From assembly GCA_012295275.1 (NCBI GenBank), contig CM022671.1, forward strand, positions 6,820,001-6,884,000: a stretch of DNA of 64,000 nt, given 5' to 3'. Position 1 is the first letter of the stretch. Every line of letters starts with the position of its first letter. The position numbers and the translations under genes were made by a program. Source of the DNA: Chrysomallon squamiferum. Lineage: Eukaryota; Animalia; Mollusca. Below, in pieces: positions 1 through 13,539 of the stretch. The notes beneath the pieces were generated by a model. The model was not told where the DNA came from. It did not search any database and saw only the letters and a program-made list of their open reading frames with translations.

Positions 1-8
1 TGATTATT

Positions 9-39
<31 letters not shown>

Positions 40-144
40 TGGTTCTGACATTTTGCTTCAGAATTGATTTTCATTTTATTATTATATGACAATGATGTGC
101 AGTTTAATAATAACAATAAAGATCATGATTACATAATAACAATG

Positions 145-175
<31 letters not shown>

Positions 176-231
176 TAACAATATCAACAACAGAAATAAT
201 AATAATATTAATAACAATAACAACAACAGAC

Positions 232-295
<64 letters not shown>

Positions 296-309
296 CGTTG
301 TTCAAACAG

Positions 310-866
310 GTGTTGCTGCTGATGACGATTATCGGATATGAAGGGTTGGTGGTGGGGGGATACGTTTATCCCACCTGGTCACTGTTTCTAGGCTGGCTGG
401 TTTCATCCGCTTCCATCGTATGTGTGCCCGGCTACATCGTGTACAAAATTTTCACTTTAAAGGGTACATTCATGCAGGTAAGATGTGTGCATCAAACTAG
501 TTAAGTAAAACTGAATTAAAATGAAAATTAAATGTGTATCAGAATGTCTGGTGCATGGTGCATGGTTATTTTGTATATCTGAAGTGCACAAACGTACATT
601 CATATATATATATATATATATATACATGTTCATCACAATCACTCATAGACTCAGATGTATTCGTTATATAAATAAACACATAATCACACATGCAAATGCG
701 ACCATAGTAACACGTTCATACTTACAAAAACAGTATAAAGACAACACATACATCGTTTATTTATTTATTTGTTTTCTAGAGATTACAGAAACTTTTGAAG
801 CCAGTCGATCTGTCTGTTCCAACTCTTAAAATAAGTTCGTGTGAAAAAGTGAACATTATCAAGTAA
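310..866 (+). CDS. SLC6 Na+/Cl- neurotransmitter-transporter family, last two coding exons (gene starts upstream of the window)
   Basis: Exons 310-477 (cag| ... |gtaaga) and 780-866 (tag| ... TAA) join in phase 0 to give VLLLMTIIGYEGLVVGGYVYPTWSLFLGWLVSSASIVCVPGYIVYKIFTLKGTFMQ-RLQKLLKPVDLSVPTLKISSCEKVNIIK*. YP.W...GW.......P..........G....R.....P is the TM12/C-terminal signature of SLC6. Subfamily not determined. Confidence 0.85.
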
Positions 867-1214
867 ACCAGTCTACTACAAACCTCGAGATTATTGTTTT
901 CTAACAAGTACAGAAAAACAAAACCTGACTTCCTTCACAGCTGAATACCTGAGTTCACAAACATGATGAATCGAATACATTTTTTTCATTTTCTTTTTCT
1001 TTTGGTACTTTTGACTTTGACTTTTTTTGTTCTTTTGTTGTTTTTGTTGTTGATGATGATGATGTTACTGTTGTTTTTCGAAAACCCGATTGTGTTGGGA
1101 GTGCAGGTATAGAGTGAAATGACTTATATATAAATATGTATAAAGGAAAAGGTTGACTTTTCAACCGACTTCGTACATGCAATCTTTTATTGTTTGACTT
1201 GCGACTTAAGCATT

Positions 1215-2000
1215 TCAAACAAGACATATCAGAGATTTTTGTAAAACAAGACGTATAGTAGGTTTTTCTAAAACAAGACGTATCGTAGGTTTGTCTAAAA
1301 CAAGACGTATCGTAGGTTTGTCTAAAACAAGACGCATCATAGTTTTGTATAAAACAAGACGTATCGTAGGTTTGTCTAAAACAAGACGTATCACAGGTTT
1401 GTCTAAAACAAGACGTATCGTAGGTTTGTCTAAAACAAGACGTATCATAGGTTTGTCTAAAACAAGACGTATCACAGGTTTGTCTAAAACAAGACGTATC
1501 GTAGCTTTGTCTGAAACAAGACGTATCGTAGGTTTGTCTAAAATAAGACGTAACATAAGTTTATCTAAAACAAGACGTATCATAGGTTTGTCAAAAACAA
1601 GACGTATCGTAGGTTTGTCTAAAACAAGACGTATCACAGGTTTGTCTAAAACAAGATGTATCACAGGTTTGTCTAAAACAAGACGTATCACAGGTTTGTT
1701 GAAAACAAGACGTATTGTAGGTTTGTCTAAAACAAGACATATAGGTTTTTCTAAAACTGACGTGTCATAGGTGTGTCTAAAAAAAGACGTATCATAGATA
1801 TGTCTAAAACAATAAGTATCATAGGTTTGTCTAAAACATAACGTATGGTAGGTTTGTTTAAAACAAGACTTATCATACGTTTGTCTAAAACAAGACGTAT
1901 CACAGGTTTGTCTAAAACAAGACGTACCGTAGGTTTGTCTAAAACAACACGTATCATAGGTTTGTCTAAAACAAGACCCATTATATTTTTGTCTAAAACG
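1215..2000. repeat. 27-bp minisatellite (AAAACAAGACGTATCGTAGGTTTGTCT), roughly 28 copies
   Basis: Unit read directly; it explains the 9-aa periodic ORFs (LSKTRRIVG / IRLVLDKPT) on both strands. Confidence 0.95.
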
Positions 2001-2080
2001 AGGTGAACATAAGAGGTATGAAGTTTCTGTTTTATCACTTCACGTACTACAGTCCAGTACTCAGCAACTTTACATTAAAT

Positions 2081-2138
<58 letters not shown>

Positions 2139-2523
2139 TTATGAAAATGTTTAAAATAATGTAAAAAATCTAAAATGTCTTAAAATGATTTCATTTTTTA
2201 AAATATTAGTGAAGAGTTGTTTATTTTGTTTGATTTTAGTTTCTGTTATAAGAAACGTACTAGATCATCTTTTTCTTTTTTCTAGCAGCTGTTAATCAAA
2301 GTGATAGTAAAAATGTCAGCACATTTGACCTAATTCTACATAAAAGAATAAATAAATAAATAAAACGAAAGAGTTTACAGACTAATCATTATGTCAAGAC
2401 AGGATTAAGTGTCACACCTTAGTTCCGTCTGAGATTATTTTTGAAAATTAATCCTTGGGTGACTAATCCCAGAGGATGATGATGTTATTGCTGTGTGAAT
2501 TTCAGTGCATGGTGATGATGTCG

Positions 2524-2588
<65 letters not shown>

Positions 2589-2810
2589 GTTGTTGTTGTT
2601 GTTATTATTATTGTTATTATCTTTTTGTCGTTATTGTTACTACTACTACTCTGATTATCATCGTCGTCACCGTCATCATGATTATTTACTTCAGAGAAAA
2701 TGACAGTTGTTATGTACTGAAACTTGTTCTAAACGTGTTTCACAGAACTGTAATAAATTTCTTCACTTCGGATTGTTAGTCTTTGTCTTGACTGTTACAT
2801 TATCTTTTGT

Positions 2811-2848
<38 letters not shown>

Positions 2849-3679
2849 GCACTCACACATGGGGAGAAAGTGGTTACTATCTTAAGATATCAGTTTTATT
2901 CTGCGAGGTGAGAATTACTTGCTTGGCCAGTCGACTTAAGCAGGATAATACTGAAACAAACAATGAAATAAAATAAATAAAAGACACAATTTTATTTCTC
3001 AAATGACCACTCTCGGTAGTAGTAGATTCATGCAAATTGATTTCGTTATCGCTATATATTAAAATAAAATATTTCTGAATAGAAACATAATTTTTGAATC
3101 ACAAACAAATCAATGACAATTTTTGAATGAAAACTGTTTTCAAAATGTTCTTAAAACACTAAACAAGTAATTTTCAAAAACAACAACAACAACAACAACA
3201 ACACACATATACACAAATATATACTTGTATATACACACACACAAAAAAATATTTATTCGTTTATATATGTTTGTACTCGTACATATTCGCAGATATTAAG
3301 AGATACTCTTTGGAAGATAAACAATAACAAAGATAAAAATTCACAAAGAAATAAATACACGTTTACAGAACAAAATGTTTTTAAAATCAAACTAGTACAT
3401 AGATATGTGTAATAACTTCTAACAGGTTATTCTGTTAACTATTAACAATATTATATTACTTTGAGCTGTAGACAAACAGGCGAACAGACACACAGGCAGA
3501 TGTACAAACAGGTAGATGAGTACACAAAATAGTAAAACAAATAACTGTGTTAATTACAGGAAACAGTGACAATAATCTGATGACGTGATTGGTCAGTTTG
3601 TGAGACGTCACGAGTTATGTATCAGTGGACACATGTCAAGCGTTAGACTACGTAACAGTGTATATATTATGTATATATG

Positions 3680-3716
<37 letters not shown>

Positions 3717-3942
3717 TCATATATGGCAAATACATATACATGTGGGATATACAATACATATACGTAAGAATGTATTGCTGTAATGACAAGGTAAGAACTC
3801 TACATGTGACTGTATTCTAAAAGCTGACCAATCCTTTATGTTACTGCGTTTTAGTAACTACTATTTCAAACATGTTTACCACAAACAAATCAGTGACAAA
3901 TTAATATAATAAATCTGTACTCAAACACACACAACACCTACA

Positions 3943-3992
<50 letters not shown>

Positions 3993-4343
3993 CAGTACCA
4001 ACACTGATACATACAAATACGTCCATGAAACATACATACATATAATTATATATACATCTTTCTTTTTTTCTTTCTTTTTTTTAACCCTAAACAAAAAATA
4101 TATACATCTTTTTTTCTTTGTTTTTTTTAACCCTAAACAAAAAATCTATATTTAAAAAATGAAATACGGTGTGTGATACATAAATGTCAGACAGACGGAG
4201 AGAGAGAGCGGACGAACTCAAAGCTTTGTCCTGTCACTGTTTATGACTTGTCACAACCCAGCACCGACCGTGTTGTCCACCTCGCCCTCGTCAACTGTCA
4301 CAGCGCCAGTGATAAATGTGCCAGTAATTCTTAGTTCACAGTG

Positions 4344-4413
4344 TACGTCATCGTTGATGTCACGTGAACAACGACGAGCCGCTATATAAAACAACTCATC
4401 AGCGAAATCAGTT
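4344..4413 (+). promoter_or_regulatory. Core promoter of secreted paralogue A: TACGTCA CRE-like site, TATATAAA, TCAGTT initiator
   Basis: TACGTCA 4344-4350, TATATAAA 4383-4390, Inr-like TCAGTT 4408-4413 at canonical spacing, then donor |gtaagt at 4476 ending a non-coding exon 1. Confidence 0.7.
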
Positions 4414-4468
4414 ATTACAGTCTGCAAAGCTCTGTGAGTCTCGTGTACGATTTGGATTTAAATAACAG

Positions 4469-4640
4469 AAACTATGTAAGTTAGATTACGTGTTAATTGT
4501 AAACTATGAAAGCTAGATTACGTGTTAATTGTAAACTATGTAAGTTAGAGTATTTGTTTAATTACATGTTAATTGTAAACTATGTAAGTTAGAGTATTTT
4601 TTTAATTACATGTTAATTTAAGCTATGTTAAGTTATAGTA
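4469..4640. repeat. 32-44 bp tandem repeat containing the exon-1 donor of paralogue A
   Basis: AAACTAT|GTAAGTTAG-type unit at 4469, 4501, 4533, 4577 and about 4620; two of the copies are degenerate. Confidence 0.85.
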
Positions 4641-5285
4641 TTGATATTGTTTTTGTTGATGTTGTATTTGTTGCTGTTATATATCATTTTCTTTAAGCTT
4701 TATATAGTCTACATTTAGCACGTAATAAAAATAGATTAAACTATTCCTCAGATATTTTTGGCAACATAAAACATTTAAAAATTTCAACTGAATTTCAATA
4801 ATTAATCAGATAATAGATTCAGTATAAAATTATAACTCAAAGTTTTGGTTCAAATTTTCTTTCTTTCTTTCTTTATCAAATTTTTAATTATTTATTTATT
4901 TATCTATTTATTTATGTCTTGAGGGGATTTTGTTTTCTTTCTTTGATTTAAATATTTCGTTTTCAGTTTTTAAAAATTTTTCTTTTGTTACTTTTATTAA
5001 AGATTCTCTATTTTAATTTATTTGGTTTTGAGATATCATTTGTTTTCAGTTTTATTTTAATCATTTATTTATTAATTTTTTCACTCATTCTTTGTTTTTT
5101 ATATTTTCCTCCTTTTATACTTTACTTTCTTTCTTTCTTTTTTTTTTTTTTTTTTTTTTTTGCTGAATATTTTGTTTTTTTACACTGATTATTAAATTAA
5201 TATAAAAGAGAATTTTTTTAGATTGCCTCTCTCTTTATCACATATTCTAATGCATCTATTTATATACATACATACATATATATAG

Positions 5286-5348
<63 letters not shown>

Positions 5349-5452
5349 CTTTGTTGTTGTTACCATGTTTTTGTTGTTTGCAAATCACTTTCATGCCAGT
5401 AATTGTCGCTAATACAAAAACTATTCATTCCAGAAACGGATTAAACAAAGCC

Positions 5453-6754
5453 ATGAAAATTGAGATCGCCTTTCTCTGCGCATGCGTCTTAACGGCGTCA
5501 GCAACATATGTACATGGAAATAGATACCAGATGGATGAACCGCATATTAACCATTATCCTGGCTTCAACTTCGACTGTAGGTTTTTAAATTATTATTTAG
5601 TTTAATACTGATTTTGTTTCCTTACGATAAAAGATCATTTTATGTCATTTTATCTTTTCACTTCACAAGACTACAATTTTATTATTTAAAACTATATGTT
5701 CTATTAATTTTATATTTTTCTTATATAAATAATATTGTAGTTTCGTTATTATCTTTTTATTATTTTTTGTGTGAGTCCTTATTTTTGTTTTTATATATAC
5801 TTATATAAATTATATGTATGTATGTATGTATGCATGGATTTTTGTATGTTTGTTTGTATGTATGTATGCATGTATGTGTGTGTATGTGTGTGTTTGTGTG
5901 TGTGTGTTTTGTGTAAATACGTGCGTGTTTAATTAATGATTAATTTTTGTTATTTATTTGTTTTCACAGTATACAAATTACCTTTCTTTCGAGGAAACGA
6001 AATCGGCAGACGTAAGTCAAATTTGTACTTTTATTTTCTAGGTTATATTTACTCTTACACACAAACACAGACACACACACACACGCACATATATGGTTTT
6101 ATCTGTGTTTTTTACTGTACCATTTTTATTTTATTTTTATATATACATAATCCTTCTGATGTAATATATTTTTAAAATATACGTATTTATTTTCTGTTCT
6201 GAAGGTTCGAAGCGGGCCATTTACAGTTTCCAGTTTGATCGTCTGCGAAACCAGATAAACGACAACGGACTGGGCCAGTGGCGCGACCAGGGTTTCAGTC
6301 AGTACGGGATCGGAAGCAGTCGATTTGGCAGACTCGGGAGTCTGGCGGCTCAACTCTCGTCAGGGAACGTAAGTTTTTTTATTTTATTTTATTTATTTTT
6401 TTATTTATTATTTATATTATTTTTTTATTTATTATTATACTGTCTTCATCGATATACTTCTCACAGTCGTCTTAATGTTATTATTATTTTCGATTTAATT
6501 TAGCAGGATTTTTTTTAGTTTTTTTTTTAGTTAAATTTATCTAGATTTAATCTGTATTATTATTACTGTTATAGTTAATTCTACTACTACTACTACTACT
6601 ATTACTATTATTATTATTGTTGTTGTTGTTGTTGCTGTTGTTGTTGTTGATCATTTGTATTTCGTTGTTTATTTTTAGTACTGGTAAAACATTTAAATTT
6701 ATCTAGATTTAATCTGTATTATTAATACTGTTATAGTTAATTCTACTACTACTC

Positions 6755-6802
<48 letters not shown>

Positions 6803-6858
6803 TTGTTGTTGTTGTTGTTGTTAATTTGTATTTCTTTGTTTATTTTTAGTACTGGTAA
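5453..6858 (+). CDS. Secreted protein paralogue A (112 aa): signal peptide, RRSKR furin site, G/S/Q-rich mature region; family not recognised
   Basis: Exons 5453-5576, 5970-6011, 6205-6368 and 6850-6858 (or the duplicate 6679-6687), all GT-AG, sum 339 nt: MKIEIAFLCACVLTASATYVHGNRYQMDEPHINHYPGFNFDLYKLPFFRGNEIGRRSKRAIYSFQFDRLRNQINDNGLGQWRDQGFSQYGIGSSRFGRLGSLAAQLSSGNYW*. AATAAA at 6954. Signal peptide LCACV..SATY is shared with B and C. Confidence 0.8.
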
Positions 6859-7046
6859 AACAGCTCTCGCTCGGATAGCACACAAACGAACTACGATTGT
6901 AGAAGTTTAACATCAGACTGAAATTAGTAATTACTTGACTACCTGTGCTTGTAAATAAATTTGCTTTTTAATTGTGTTTAAATTTAAATTTATTACTTTT
7001 TAATTGTGTTTTATTTAAATCTGTAACACTCTCTCGTGTCTCTCTC

Positions 7047-7144
<98 letters not shown>

Positions 7145-7909
7145 CTATACATATGTGTGCTTGTGTGAGTGTGTGTGTGTGTATGTGTGGTGTGCATGAA
7201 TTTTTTGTATGAAGCTATATTTGTGCATAAATACACATAAATGTCAGTATGTGTTTTTGTGCAATATAGATAATATGAATACTCATTGGTTGAAAAAATA
7301 ACACACACAGAAGTCATAAGGATGTACGGACATTTCGAAATCGAAAAGAATCTATAACTGACATTTTGCTTCCGCACTATCAAACAGAGACTAATATGTC
7401 TTAATACTGTCATACAGTTATGAAACATATCTACGTATATTTGTTTTACCAGTCAATGTTTGACGATGGATTCATTAGGAGCAACTATGCACAAGTCTGA
7501 AGTAGAAAATATCGGAAATGGCGTATCTGTAAAAATTAAAAACAGTTGTAACGACAGACTGAATTTGGGTATTAAATTACCATACACCGGCTATAAATAA
7601 AATGATGGTCAACACTGACCAGCAAAACATGGCGAATACATAACTTACAGAGTGCTAGAAATTGTGGATACGTTTTATTTCTAGTAACAAGGGTTTCATG
7701 TCAAAAATACCCAGAATAAATAATAAGTACACAAACTACCTCGACTATTTCAAAAATTTGCTTAAACGTATTTCTTCTTTTCTGTGAACTTTGGCTTTCG
7801 TTCTTTTTTATTACTGATGTTTGAAGCATAACTATTGTTATGCCCATCTTTGAAATACTTTAATATGTTCAGTCAGTACAATGAATAAACAATGATGATG
7901 ATGATGATG

Positions 7910-7955
<46 letters not shown>

Positions 7956-9215
7956 GAAGAAGAAGAAGAAGAAAAAGAAGAAGAATGACAACAACATCAT
8001 ACAATAATAATAATATAAATAATTAAATTAGTTTTTAAAATGTATTAAAAACAAATTCACAAATGAAATGTTGTGTATATTATTAATACAGTACGTGCTA
8101 GTCACGTGTTATGTCGGTTGCGGTCTGTCAGATCAAACACAAAAGTGTTTAACTATTATTTAAAATATGTTTACCAAAATTATAATAAAAAAATTAAATA
8201 CCATTTTGTAAATGCGACTAGAAAAATAAAGTGTAAAACATTAATCTAAATTATTTGGTTGTATTTCAGTTCGGTTGAGTAAATAAACTTAATTATTATT
8301 TTTTTATTTTAATTAATTATTCTATTTAATTAATTAATTATTTTATTTTATTTTATTTTATTATTATTATCTCCTTTTTTTTTACCTGTAAAGACGTTTA
8401 GTTATTCAAATATTCAAAATATAACTGGCCACATAGACACACACAAACACACCCACACCCACACATACAAACACACACACACAAAGAAGTATATTTTCTA
8501 TGATGACATTAAGAAGTTATGACATATTGATGTTGACAGATTGTACCTATTTCAGTTCATTTTGATGAATTACGAAACTATAAATCATTATCAAAGAAAC
8601 ATTATTAAAACGACATGAAGAAAGTGATAATAACTAATAATACAACTAACTAATAATCGTATGAGATGCCAAATATGGAAATTCGTCATAAAACACAAAT
8701 CTAAACGAAGAAGAGATTTACAAGAGAAGAACTGAAATACGTAAGAAATCTGACTGTTTTGTTTTTACAATACAGACGTCTGTCTAGTTTTGTAAAGTTC
8801 AGGAAAAGACAAAGTGCGACAGATGATTTACTACATGACAAAACAAGATGAAGTAGTCGAAATGTAGGTGATCTATCATTACACATACCTTATTATTACT
8901 CTGAACTCCAATGTCACCATTCTTGTCAGTTTTATCATCTCCGGTTTATAATCTAACACATTCTTATAAATTTTTTAACGTCATCATGACTCATCAATAT
9001 AATCATTATGAATGAACCTTCCAATGTGGTGTAACATCATCATCATCATTTATCATCTTTGTGAATGTCGTTAGAACAACATTCAGACACATTCTGTAAT
9101 GTGTTTAATATCTATTTTAAGCAACAACAACAACAACAACAACAAGAGTAATAAAAATAACGATAATAATGATCATCATAGTAGTAAAAGTAATAATAAT
9201 AATAATAATAATACA

Positions 9216-9261
<46 letters not shown>

Positions 9262-9535
9262 TAATAGTAGCTTTAGAAGTAGTAGTAGTAGTAATATTAA
9301 TAATAATAAAACAACAACAACAACAACAACAATAATAATATTTCAGTAGAAGAAATGTTCAAAGCTCTTATATAAACTATACATGAGATTCCACCTCATC
9401 AACTGTTTATTTATTTATTTATTTATTTATTTATTTGTTGTTCTTCTTCTTACTATTACTGTTAATAATATTACTGCTGCTGTTGTTGTTGTAAATGACA
9501 AAGACGTGCAGACAAACAGACATAGATACATCAGT

Positions 9536-9775
9536 CAGTAACGTGCAGAGGTCTGGTGATGCCCGGGGCCAATAGCTTGATTGTGTGCCCCAAAGACTCA
9601 AGTATAAGGCCCAGTACTGAGAAATATTATGACAAAGGAAGGTATTTTGAACATGCAAAAATGGATGAAACATAAAATAAATATAAATCAACCAAATTTA
9701 TTAAGTTCTTTTCTCTGATTGGGTGCCCCTCTTCAATTTGGATGCCTAGGGCCACCGCCCTTTCGCACGCCACTG
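9536..9775. mobile_element. Degenerate non-autonomous DNA transposon (CAGTGGCG-type TIR MITE)
   Basis: Left end CAGTAACGTGCAGA vs reverse complement of right end CAGTGGCGTGCGAA; GC-rich sub-termini with TGCCCC motifs in an AT-rich background. No TSD found. Confidence 0.5.
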
Positions 9776-9950
9776 ATAGCATTGCACTCAAGGCTAAGAC
9801 TGTAGATCATTGTTATCCTTTGTAAGCAAAGGTCAACTCAGTTCACATAGGTCAGAGTACAGAGTACTGAATCCCCGATATCTGGTACATTGGGCGGTAA
9901 TACGTCATAACAAAACTGAAGTAAAATACACATTGTTTGTTAGACATGAA

Positions 9951-9982
<32 letters not shown>

Positions 9983-10796
9983 ATAAAATTTGTTCCACTC
10001 TCTTTTTCTCTGTTGTTTTTCTTTTCCATTTTTGTGTTCCCCTCACCCCCACAGATATATAATGATTTTTGTGTGTTTCAAAACAGATCATTCTTTTAAT
10101 AGCTCATTAGAGCTTAATGTTTTGTGTTTCTTTCATAAGAATGTAGAATATTACAAAATTTTAATATCCGAACATATTTAGTTATTGCATTACACAGGTC
10201 AAGTGTCTTACACAAATTGATTCTTAATATGTTTTTTAAATTTACTTTGTTTTTGAAACTGCAGAATAAAGGGAGACAACCTGTAGATATTTCATCACAA
10301 TGAAGACTTGGAAGCTGCTAAATTATTCACTTAAATGGAACATTTTTATACACATAGCTTAATGACGTTATATATTTGTGTATGGTCTAAGCATGTAAGT
10401 CAAAATGATATTTAAATAAATAAATAAATAAATAAAAGAAACAATATGAGTGTCTCAGCGATATATTTTAATTTTCAAAACTGTTATTAATCTAAAACAT
10501 TAAAACATTAGTTGTTAAAACATTTGTTTCTGAACCAGCTTGTCTAAATCTGTCAACAGCTTTTAAAACACTCTTACACTGACTGTTTGTTCGGCATTGT
10601 CAAGTTTTATTCTCTCTCACCGTTAGTGTTAGTATGTTAGTGTGTTACTAAAAATAGTTTACATTTCTTAAATTTATCAAACTTTCTAAACATGACGTCT
10701 TATCATTTAAGAGAAGTGAAAATCATTATTCATTTCTCCAGAGTCGAACTCGCAACCAGTCAATAACAAACTGATCTACTGTTTATATCTATATCA

Positions 10797-10828
<32 letters not shown>

Positions 10829-11317
10829 GTATATGTTTATATGTGAATGTATATATATATATACATGTAACACACATATGTATGTATGTATGTAGATATA
10901 TGTGTATCATATGAATATATATGTGTATGTGTATCTGTACATGTACATGTATGTCTATATAGATGTATATTATTGTGTCTGTGTGTATGTGTGTAAGTGT
11001 GTATGTGTATTCTAATACAATATTTACAGAATGTTTTAATAGAACGTTCATTTTTATATATTTATTACACCAGTTTACATTATTATAAAGCGTATGTGAA
11101 TAGCTAGTACAAAGTTTGTCCTAACAATCCTACTTAAATTCAGTTTTGTACACCATTCACTAAACTAAGTGTAAGTGAGACAAACACACTAGTACTATGC
11201 TACTGGTAAGTGTAGTGGAGGTGGTTGTGTACTAAACACTGAGTGATGACCGTGACGTGCATTCAGGAAAATATTGCTGCAGCTCTCTTTTGATCGCTTT
11301 TAAACTTCCGCTTAAAC

Positions 11318-11591
11318 TACGTCACGCTTCACTGCTGCTGTTATTTATATCACACTCGCTGACGGGAGGTTACAGCAGTAAGAGGAATAATAATAGTACC
11401 TACTCACAGTCGCGAAATTACTCTCTATTTTTTTTTTTTGACGAATATTAATTAGACGGAAGTCAGAATGCACGTCGTATGTTCAGTGAACTCTTCGTGT
11501 TGCTGGATTGTGTATATAAAGATAAGTTTTGTTGATATTTTTGTCAGACAGCAATTGTATCTCCTTTACACATGATCTACTGAAACCGCGG
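11318..11591 (+). promoter_or_regulatory. Promoter and non-coding exon 1 of paralogue B
   Basis: TACGTCA 11318, GAATATTAATTAGACGGAAGT about 11443-11463, GTATATAAAGATAAGTTTTG from 11512, donor g|gtttgt at 11592. The same blocks occur upstream of paralogue C. Confidence 0.65.
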
Positions 11592-11600
11592 GTTTGTATG

Positions 11601-11681
<81 letters not shown>

Positions 11682-11793
11682 TATTATTATTATTTATTTA
11701 TTTTATTTTTATTTTTTATTTATTTTATTTTTAATTTATTTTTATTATTTTTATTATTATTTTTTTTTTTTCAGAAGCATAATTAAGAAAAAG

Positions 11794-12073
11794 ATGACCG
11801 GATTTTCCATACTGTGTTTGTGCGCATGCGTTGTTCTGACGTCGGCTACGTACTACAGTCCTCAGTCTTTCGACGACTATGATTATAACAGCTACATCAG
11901 ACCTGGTTACTATGGCAACATCAACTCATTTCAAGCAGGTATGTAGTGCTTACGTCTTTGTATCTGCCAATTTATAAAGGCAACGCAACTGTTAAAAGTA
12001 AAATTAATAACAATCATGTAGTAATAAATACTGGCTTACTTCATGACACGTTCTGTGAGATATTTACGAAAAG

Positions 12074-12108
<35 letters not shown>

Positions 12109-13134
12109 ATTAATTAAATAAGTATGATGTGTATTTCATACGAATTTTGTTATTATCATTATTTTATTTTGTGCTGTTTCTTTCTTTCTTATATATTTTT
12201 TATGTGTAAAATTTCATGTTTTGTGTTGAAACAATTAATCAACACTGTGTAAGGCTGGGCAGTAATAATACGTGTTTTTATTTTCTGTTGTAGGTTACCC
12301 TACTTGGCCGGGTGGAATGATACCATCAAACAGATATGGCCTTCACTTACGTAAGTTGGATTATATTTCTTTCTGCTTGTTGAAAATGGAATAAGATTAT
12401 ATTTAATTAGAGCGATACCAAGAGTTAAAATACAATTTGATAAAAAAAATATATATATATATATAAATAAATAAATAAATAAATAAAAAATAAATAAATA
12501 AATGAAATGACAAAATAAAGTAACAATTAATTGAGAAAATGGAGGTCAGACAAGTTTTACAGGTAAATTGTCTGAATAAAAATAAACACTTCATAAAATG
12601 TATCAGTAGTATAAAAAAAATGAACTTCAGACTTTGATACGTCTGTTTATTCTGTAAAAACACTAATCGTAAATTAAGTCTAACAATTATTAACGTTTTC
12701 TTTTAACACCAGGCTACAGAAGATCTACAACATACAGACAGCCAAGACACTCAAAGTACAACAAACACGGCAGGAAAGGATTCAACAGTTTCACTGGTGC
12801 AGGACAACCTGGCTTCGGTGCACAATTTCAAACTGGTCAGTGGAACACGGGATTCGGAGGCCAATTTCAAAACCAGCCATGGAATAATGGATTGACCGGC
12901 CAGTTTCAAAATGGGCCATTGAATAATGGAGTCACCGGCCAGTTTCAAAATGGGCCATTGACCGACCAGTTTCCAAATGGGCCATTGAATAGCCGGGTTC
13001 AAAATGGAGCCTGGAATAATGGAATGGTTGGACGGAGTCAGAATGGGGCGTGGAATAACGGATTCGCTGGGCAGGTTCAAAATGGTGCAGTTAATAACGG
13101 ACGTTTTATGAACACAAGATTTAACAGATGGTAA
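11794..13134 (+). CDS. Secreted protein paralogue B (207 aa): signal peptide, Tyr-rich pro-region, RYRR furin site, G/Q/N/F-rich repeat region
   Basis: Exons 11794-11938, 12294-12350, 12713-13134 (GT-AG, phase 1/1, 624 nt): MTGFSILCLCACVVLTSATYYSPQSFDDYDYNSYIRPGYYGNINSFQA-GYPTWPGGMIPSNRYGLHL-RYRRSTTYRQPRHSKYNKHGRKGFNSFTGAGQPGFGAQFQTGQWNTGFGGQFQNQPWNNGLTGQFQNGPL...RFMNTRFNRW*. Probable last exon from 13630 with AATAAA near 13686. Confidence 0.88.
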
Positions 13135-13146
13135 ACAGCTAGATGC

Positions 13147-13455
<309 letters not shown>

Positions 13456-13506
13456 CTCTCTGTGCGTGTCTGTGTGTGTGTCTCTGTCTTTTCTCTCTCT
13501 GTATAG

Positions 13507-13539
<33 letters not shown>

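Noticed and set aside
1215-2038. Repeat-protein ORFs (LSKTRRIVG)n and (IRLVLDKPT)n
   Set aside because: By-product of a stop-free 27-bp minisatellite downstream of the SLC6 stop; no splice or promoter support, and no similarity to the 27-bp coding repeat of paralogue C.
7250-7800. Possible retroelement relic (short ORF ending ...KLPYTGYK)
   Set aside because: Too short and interrupted to assign without a search.
10731-10785. tRNA-like A/B boxes on the minus strand (GTAGATCAGTT...GTTCGACTC)
   Set aside because: No cloverleaf can be built; at most a decayed SINE head.
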